This document shows positions 58,362 to 64,000 of a DNA stretch of 64,000 nt, piece by piece. This DNA is from Candidatus Falkowbacteria bacterium (lineage in GTDB: Bacteria; Patescibacteriota; Patescibacteriia; UBA11705; JABHMO01). How positions within the stretch are numbered: the stretch's first letter is position 1; the number at the start of each line of letters is the position of its first letter. The DNA lies in the NCBI GenBank assembly GCA_018674305.1, contig JABHAL010000015.1, positions 128,532 to 192,531 on the forward strand. Direction: 5' to 3'. The position numbers and the translations under genes were made by a program. Below the pieces are notes generated by a model. The model saw only the letters and a list, made by a program, of their open reading frames with translations. It was not told where the DNA came from and did not search any database.

Positions 58362-59297
58362 TCACTCCAGGGACACTACTTGCACATCAATACCCCACTG
58401 TTTGCAAAGTACTGTCAATGATGTTTCGTGAGCTTGACCAACAACAAATAACGCTTCTGTATAGCCATGCTTTCGCATCTGCTGTACAATGTGAGCCAAC
58501 ATTATTTGATCTCGCCAAACGAAATTCAAGTTCATAACTCCTGCAAGATAAACATTTCTGTTCAGACTCTCTTCTACGAACATGAACAAAGTTGGTATCA
58601 AAGTTCCCAAATAGTAATCTTCTACTCCGAAAATCTTTTGATCACTTTGTCCAATGTAGTCAAAATGCCAGGAGTGCAAACCGTTGGCCTTGTAATTTCC
58701 AAAAAATTCTTCTGGTCCAATCTTAGTTGCATTGGCCAATGCTTCCGGCTCCCACTTTGCTAGCTCTTGCAAAAAACTGGCCCAAGTCATTTCATCTACA
58801 GGGTCATTTTCCTTAAAAACAACCTCGGGTGAGCTTGTCCGAACATACTCAGAAATTAGAGCTTGTCGACGAAGAGACTCTTCTGTCTGCTTATGCTGTA
58901 ACACGGGGTGACTATCTAAAAGGATCGTGATCTTCAAAGTTGGACCTTTTTCCAACTCGGCAATTCCTTTTTTAATAATTTTCAGCTGTCGCTTGACATC
59001 CACTCGCCAAAAATACTCCAGAGCCTCTCTAATAGAGTTTTTCTCAGTATACATTCGCACTATGGGATACTGTCGTGCCAAGACCTCCGCAGGTAAAAGG
59101 CTCGCCAGTTCTTTTGCTTTTTGTTTAGCAAAAGTTGCTGACATATCAGGATCCGAAAAAAGTTCTTCCAATGTGTAATTCTTTTGTTCTTTTGACTCCG
59201 GTTTCTTTTTTGTAGAAGTCTCCTTTTCCCCACAAGAACATACTATTAACATCAAAGAACACACAATGACATTTCGGCAATTCAACATCTTTCTCAT
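58362..59297 (-). CDS. Lipoprotein, TraB/GumN/PrgY-like
   Basis: Signal + IVCSCG lipobox-like; RDQIMLAHIVQQM and FVVGQAHE resemble TraB/GumN motifs; promoter TTGACA-N17-TAGAAT (minus strand) within duplicated block 59355-59420. Confidence 0.45.
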   Translation of the reverse strand: MRKMLNCRNVIVCSLMLIVCSCGEKETSTKKKPESKEQKNYTLEELFSDPDMSATFAKQKAKELASLLPAEVLARQYPIVRMYTEKNSIREALEYFWRVDVKRQLKIIKKGIAELEKGPTLKITILLDSHPVLQHKQTEESLRRQALISEYVRTSSPEVVFKENDPVDEMTWASFLQELAKWEPEALANATKIGPEEFFGNYKANGLHSWHFDYIGQSDQKIFGVEDYYLGTLIPTLFMFVEESLNRNVYLAGVMNLNFVWRDQIMLAHIVQQMRKHGYTEALFVVGQAHETSLTVLCKQWGIDVQVVSLE

Positions 59298-59470
59298 ATC
59301 AGTCTCCTCTATTGCAAATTATCAATTTGATCGTATCTAAATCGAACTCTTTATTCTAGCATTTATTGTAAATTTTGTCAATTGTGAAATGTCGAGTAAG
59401 TATAATGTATTATGGAGAAACAAAAAATGCCCGTCCAACAGGCATTCACATTTGAACATACTTTTTAATT

Positions 59471-60007
59471 TTAATTTGATATCGCTGTATTCAGTTTATC
59501 CAAAATTTCTAGGGCAATTAATTCTGGCTCTTTGCACGAATAAATTTTAATATCACCAAATTGTTGGTATTCTCGAAATCGTTTTCGAAATTTTTCGCGC
59601 TCTCTATCCTCTTTCAATCCGAAACCGCGCTTGAGCTGTCTTTTGATTACTATCTCCGTACTCTCCTCCAAGGACTCTGACGGTAATAGAAGCACTGTAA
59701 TTCCTGCTTTTTCTAAAGTCTGCTGATTTTTTAAGGTTAGTTGGTCAAAACTATCGTGAACTAGGAATCCCGAGGAAAGAGCGAAAACAAAATTATCTTT
59801 CTTTTGATTAAGAATATTAAGAAAAAGGTCTGAGTTTCTTTGACAATATTCCTCATATCCCCTTGTATTAATGAACACACCAACATTTTCAATCTTTTCA
59901 CAAAACTCTCCATCTAAATCAATAAAATCATATCCAAGCTTTTGTGCAAGTATTTTGCCAACCGTTGATTTCCCAACTCCACCTGGACCAATAATGAATA
60001 TTTTCAT
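59471..60007 (-). CDS. P-loop NTPase, shikimate/adenylate-kinase-like small kinase
   Basis: Walker A IIGPGGVGKSTVGKILAQKLGYDFIDLD. Confidence 0.55.
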   Translation of the reverse strand: MKIFIIGPGGVGKSTVGKILAQKLGYDFIDLDGEFCEKIENVGVFINTRGYEEYCQRNSDLFLNILNQKKDNFVFALSSGFLVHDSFDQLTLKNQQTLEKAGITVLLLPSESLEESTEIVIKRQLKRGFGLKEDREREKFRKRFREYQQFGDIKIYSCKEPELIALEILDKLNTAISN

Positions 60008-60070
60008 ATTAAAATATTGTATTATCCCTATAACTAGTGCTTCCGATATATTACAATTTAAAACTTTAAT

Positions 60071-61399
60071 CTAGAGTCGATTATCCTCATGAAACGCTCG
60101 AATCTGTTCATCCATAATAATAGTTCTGCGAGTCATGGGTCGCTTGAGAACCATCCCCTCAAGTGTTGTACAACGACTAAGCGCCACATAACTCTGCCCA
60201 TGCGCAAAAGTACCACGCCCAAAATCGATTATAACTTTTTCAAATGTCTTGCCCTGACTCTTGTGAACGGTAATCGCCCAAGCTAAACGGAGTGGAACCT
60301 GAATGTATTTACCAATCTGTTCACGCTCAAACTTCCCGCCATGAAAGACGTACTTGGAAATTTCCCATTCATGTCGCTTTACTTCTACAATTTTTTTATC
60401 TTCTTTCTCTACTCTAATAACAATCTCTTCTGCATCTTTCTCTGAATTATATTCCATTCTAATCTCTTTAATTTTACCAATCGTACCATTTACCCAGCGC
60501 CTTTCCTTGTCATTGCAAATAAACATCACCTGCGCGCCCTCACACAGAGTGATCGTAGTATCATTAGGGTATAAACTTTTAGGAACCTTGCCTGATTTCT
60601 CTGCAACAAAATCTAATTCTGACTGTCCTAGTTTTTTCATTTCTAATTCATTGATTGTTCTGGCTTCAGCATTCGTTGTAACTAAATAAATATACTTATC
60701 GCTTTTCGATGGACTAAAATCTCTTGAATAACGAGAATTTAATACTTGCAAATGATTATCTTCAACTCTGTTTTCCCGAACGGCATTTAATACTTCAATA
60801 AATTTCCGATCCTTTTGTCGATAAATTGTCTCCAGTTCAATGATTGGTAATTCAAAGTCGGCATCAAAAATATTTTTTTGACCACTGAATACATCGGACG
60901 CAAAAAAGTATGGTGAATCATATTCAGAAAAAAACTGTTCCCTGTCTGCCGTGGTTACCACTGGCGGTAATTGATAAAGATCTCCGAATAGGACCATCTG
61001 CACACCACCAAACGGATGCTCACTTCCTCTTGCCCGTCGAAGAACTATATCCATAGCATCAAATACATCAGCTCTGACCATTGAAACTTCATCCACGAAC
61101 ATTGTCTTTAGTCTGGCAAACTTTTTCCTTTTCCTGTCATCAATTTTCATTTTCCGCGCTTCATCCTTTTCATAACCAGGCTTGATACCGAAAAATGAAT
61201 GAATAGTCTCTCCGTTAACATTAATTGCGGAAATCCCAGTCGGTGCTAAAACTACGGACTTTTTCTTGTTATATAGCCGGATATGCTCAAGAAGTGTGGA
61301 TTTACCAGTTCCCGCCTTGCCTGTAACAAAAAAACTACGGTCAGAATTCTCCACCAAATCAATAACTTGTTTTGCTTTTGCACAAAATTTAATAGACAT
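60071..61399 (-). CDS. Pif1/RecD-family ATP-dependent DNA helicase
   Basis: Walker A GKAGTGKST, motif II MFVDEVSMV, LFGDLYQLPPV, C-terminal HKSQGKTFEKVII...YVALSRC. Confidence 0.8.
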   Translation of the reverse strand: MSIKFCAKAKQVIDLVENSDRSFFVTGKAGTGKSTLLEHIRLYNKKKSVVLAPTGISAINVNGETIHSFFGIKPGYEKDEARKMKIDDRKRKKFARLKTMFVDEVSMVRADVFDAMDIVLRRARGSEHPFGGVQMVLFGDLYQLPPVVTTADREQFFSEYDSPYFFASDVFSGQKNIFDADFELPIIELETIYRQKDRKFIEVLNAVRENRVEDNHLQVLNSRYSRDFSPSKSDKYIYLVTTNAEARTINELEMKKLGQSELDFVAEKSGKVPKSLYPNDTTITLCEGAQVMFICNDKERRWVNGTIGKIKEIRMEYNSEKDAEEIVIRVEKEDKKIVEVKRHEWEISKYVFHGGKFEREQIGKYIQVPLRLAWAITVHKSQGKTFEKVIIDFGRGTFAHGQSYVALSRCTTLEGMVLKRPMTRRTIIMDEQIRAFHEDNRL

Positions 61400-61625
61400 G
61401 CCTACATTTTAGCAGAAAAAAGATAAAAGGTAAAAGTGGTAAGGTAAATTTTTCAATAAAATCATCCAGCCGCCTAGGGGTAAAAAACCCCGTGAACGGG
61501 GCTAGAATCTTTAGGCGTCCGCAGGCCCCTTTAGGGGCCTTTGTTGTAGATAGCCTGGCCGTTGCACGGCCAGGCAGCAAAGTGAATTTTTCAACAAAAA
61601 ACCCGATGCTGTAATAAACACCGGG

Positions 61626-62540
61626 TTACTTTTTCTGCTTGATAATAAATTGCCAAGCTAGACGGAGCGGGACACGCCAACCAGTCTTGCGTAACTGATA
61701 AGCTGACACCCATCTTTTGTTAACTATTTTGTAGCCAATTGAATTCAAAACTGCATTCATGTCAGAATAACGATCCACGCCCCAAAGCATGAAAATGTTA
61801 CCTGATTGAACACGATTCAGTCCGATATGTCCAATTTCATTGCGACTATTGATCACAATTTGCCAAAGCTTGCTACGTTTTTTGGAAAATCGAACATATA
61901 ACTCAAAGGCCATGGCCACCAGCACCAATTTGTTAAACAACTTGGTCAAAACCCATTTTGTTAAGTCCGACACCTGTTCTGGTTTTTTGAAATCAGGTAT
62001 CTGCTTGAAAAAATAGGATTTGGTAGCTGACACACGAGCTAAAAACTCAACTTCTGACATATCAACATTTTGCCATTCTTGACGATTTTTTCTGTACGGT
62101 AAACTGCGTGGCTGAGAAGCTAAGCCTATGACTTGCTTGATCCAACGTAGCCCAGCATAAACAGCTTGGAGCTGCCTTTTAGCTTCCCACTCAGCTGGCT
62201 GCAACTTCAACCGTTGCTCTTTGGTTAATGGCCTAATCTTGTCATGCAGGATTGAATAGCCACAGGTTTGATGAATCCTGACGAGCTTGTTTAGCTCGGC
62301 ATAATATTCTGGGTCTGCTAACGGAATCGTTGGCGCAAACATCAAAGTACGACCGTTTTTTTTGGCATGATAGGTTACGATCGGCAACTGGATATTTCCA
62401 TTACGACAACGTATATATTCTGTACCAAATCGATTAACCAACTTCATCGCCAACCAATAAAACGGGTACGTAACCAACATTAGCAACACCAGCAGGAACA
62501 GCAGTACAGACCGCCAGATTCTGCGTAGTATTTTTCTCAT
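61626..62540 (-). CDS. Membrane hypothetical protein (304 aa)
   Basis: N-terminal TM helices. Confidence 0.4.
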   Translation of the reverse strand: MRKILRRIWRSVLLFLLVLLMLVTYPFYWLAMKLVNRFGTEYIRCRNGNIQLPIVTYHAKKNGRTLMFAPTIPLADPEYYAELNKLVRIHQTCGYSILHDKIRPLTKEQRLKLQPAEWEAKRQLQAVYAGLRWIKQVIGLASQPRSLPYRKNRQEWQNVDMSEVEFLARVSATKSYFFKQIPDFKKPEQVSDLTKWVLTKLFNKLVLVAMAFELYVRFSKKRSKLWQIVINSRNEIGHIGLNRVQSGNIFMLWGVDRYSDMNAVLNSIGYKIVNKRWVSAYQLRKTGWRVPLRLAWQFIIKQKK

Positions 62541-62555
62541 GCGTTACCTCATTTT

Positions 62556-62813
62556 TTACCACAACATCTCACTGTTCAATTTACCGCCTAAAGGCCTTTC
62601 GTCGATTTGCCCACACTCAAGAGCTTCTTTGGATGCTTCTTGGCGTGTTAAAAACATGTTTTCATCATTAACAAACCCTTGCTCCCCAAGACTTACGGCT
62701 TTGCGAATGCGGGGAACCCTGATCATCTTTTCAAGAATTTTTATGTGCCTACGACCTGTGTAAACCTGACCTTCATGACGGATTGCTGCTTGTACAATCA
62801 TACTGACCTCCAT
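62556..62813 (-). CDS. Small hypothetical protein (85 aa)
   Basis: ORF only. Confidence 0.35.
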   Translation of the reverse strand: MEVSMIVQAAIRHEGQVYTGRRHIKILEKMIRVPRIRKAVSLGEQGFVNDENMFLTRQEASKEALECGQIDERPLGGKLNSEMLW

Positions 62814-62960
62814 TGTAAAGAACAGTTTAGTTTAACATCTTAATTATAATTTGTCAACAACATCATAAAAAAAACCTGCCCTAGCATTTTGCTACGGCAA
62901 GCGGTTTCTGAATTACTTTGAATTCAGAAATTTTGCAAAGATAAACACAATAAAGATTGA

Positions 62961-63149
62961 CTACTGAAACAGTCTACGAAAGAACTTGAAAGGATGAAGA
63001 AAAAACTCCTTCATAATCGCCAAATCTTCTCTAGCAATTTCCTTTGCAGGATCCTTGCCTTGCGCTTTGAACTCATCGTAACGCCGGGCATAAATCTCAT
63101 CTTTCACTCTACTGTCAATTCCAAATGGTCCTCGTGTAAACATAGTCAC
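62961..63149 (-). CDS. Small hypothetical protein (62 aa)
   Basis: ORF only. Confidence 0.3.
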   Translation of the reverse strand: MTMFTRGPFGIDSRVKDEIYARRYDEFKAQGKDPAKEIAREDLAIMKEFFLHPFKFFRRLFQ

Positions 63150-63272
63150 CTCCTTGTTTACCGTTAATCAACGGACTCGTAGGTAAATTATATCATAAAT
63201 AATATTGACAACAAAACTAATAAACTATAAGCTAAAATAATAATAATCGTTCATTTTACAACGGGAGACTCA

Positions 63273-64000
63273 ATGGAAAAGCAAACGACTCAACAAATCA
63301 GGAATAAATTCTCAGACTTTTGGGATGAACAAGGCTTTGCAAAAAGGACCAGCAATTCAATTGTTCCTCCTCCCAACTGGCAAGAATCGCTATTTATAAT
63401 GTCTGGGTTCATTAGACACTGGGAAACGGTTGCTACCACTGGATTTATGGCTCAACCAGAATATGTGTGCCAACCATGCATTAAGTTAGGGTTTAATTAT
63501 CTTGACTTGAATGACATGATGGCAAAAGATGGATTTTTTACATTTTTTGAACAACTTTCTTGCGCACAAGCAAATACTGGGCAAAAAGATATATTCAAAT
63601 TTGTTAAAAATGTTTGGCGATTTCTTACCCAAGAACTGAATTTACCTACTAACAAATTGCACATCAGCGTTCATCAAGATCAGTCGCTGATTTATCAAGC
63701 TTGGCTAGCGGCAGGAGTAGCAAAAGAACAAATAACTTTTCCAGATCAATTTGCCTTTCACTTAAACCTGGATTCTAGTAACATTCATGGTTTCTACAGT
63801 ACAATCTCATTTGATCGTGGCCAAGAACAATCTGGCTACTGCGGAAACTCTGGATGCAATATTAACTGTGATTGTGATCGATTCCTGGAACTTGGTGATA
63901 TCGGCTTAATCGCAATTGGCGATGTTGTGATAATTGACCATGGACTTGGACTAGAGCGAATAGCTTCAGCCTGCCTTGATCAAAAAAACACAAATAGCCT
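63273..64000 (+). CDS. alaS: Alanyl-tRNA synthetase, N-terminal catalytic region (partial; runs off window end)
   Basis: Not in ORF track because no stop within window. MEKQTTQQIRNKFSDFWDEQGF (compare AlaRS IRQAFLDFFHSKGH), ...GYCGNSGCNINCDCDRFLELGD (compare GPCGPCTEIFYD), GLGLERIASA (GMGLERIAAV). RBS GGGAGA upstream. Confidence 0.65.
   Translation, partial: MEKQTTQQIRNKFSDFWDEQGFAKRTSNSIVPPPNWQESLFIMSGFIRHWETVATTGFMAQPEYVCQPCIKLGFNYLDLNDMMAKDGFFTFFEQLSCAQANTGQKDIFKFVKNVWRFLTQELNLPTNKLHISVHQDQSLIYQAWLAAGVAKEQITFPDQFAFHLNLDSSNIHGFYSTISFDRGQEQSGYCGNSGCNINCDCDRFLELGDIGLIAIGDVVIIDHGLGLERIASACLDQKNTNS

Noticed and set aside
61389-61580. 63-aa ORF overlapping GC-rich hairpin cluster
   Set aside because: Frame runs through stacked hairpins and the Pif1 start region; likely spurious
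1-64000. CRISPR arrays
   Set aside because: No regularly spaced short direct repeats detected anywhere in the window

Overview
Low-GC (~35%) bacterial window, very gene-dense and almost entirely minus-strand. Housekeeping markers (compact metK, HtpX/LemA, SpoU methyltransferase, Pif1-like helicase, divergent alaS start) plus giant Cys-rich secreted proteins and many small hypotheticals suggest a reduced-genome, possibly CPR/Patescibacteria-like organism (inference). Main contents: (1) a tandem array of six paralogous membrane proteins (1929-10165) with conserved N-terminal 4-TM module and divergent C-termini, each followed by the same GC-hairpin intrinsic terminator, interleaved with a DA1-like LIM/HExxH peptidase and small 'GHPWVKK' membrane proteins; (2) a J-domain membrane protein + vWA operon; (3) two promoter/terminator-delimited unclassified ncRNA candidates (20918-21304, 57952-58250); (4) FecR-CHASE2 nucleotide cyclase pair; (5) an accessory stretch with a RAYT/IS200-like HuH transposase, a 1513-aa Cys-rich secreted protein with an HExxH motif, a transglutaminase-like protein, a decayed tandem-repeat gene, and a minus-strand tRNA-Asn(GUU) split by a 251-nt group I intron (P/Q/R/S elements found); (6) a RiPP-like cassette: 35-aa Cys-free peptide ORF - radical SAM/SPASM enzyme - SAM methyltransferase; (7) a degenerate FtsZ-like protein, and Nudix + macro-domain genes; (8) a defense-like island: MazF/PemK toxin + HTH-DUF4065 antitoxin bracketed by ~85-bp direct repeats, DUF2779-like nuclease, unknown genes, a C5-MTase remnant and a type II R-M pair; (9) an internalin-like LRR protein and a TraB/GumN-like lipoprotein sharing a duplicated promoter. 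No CRISPR array seen.
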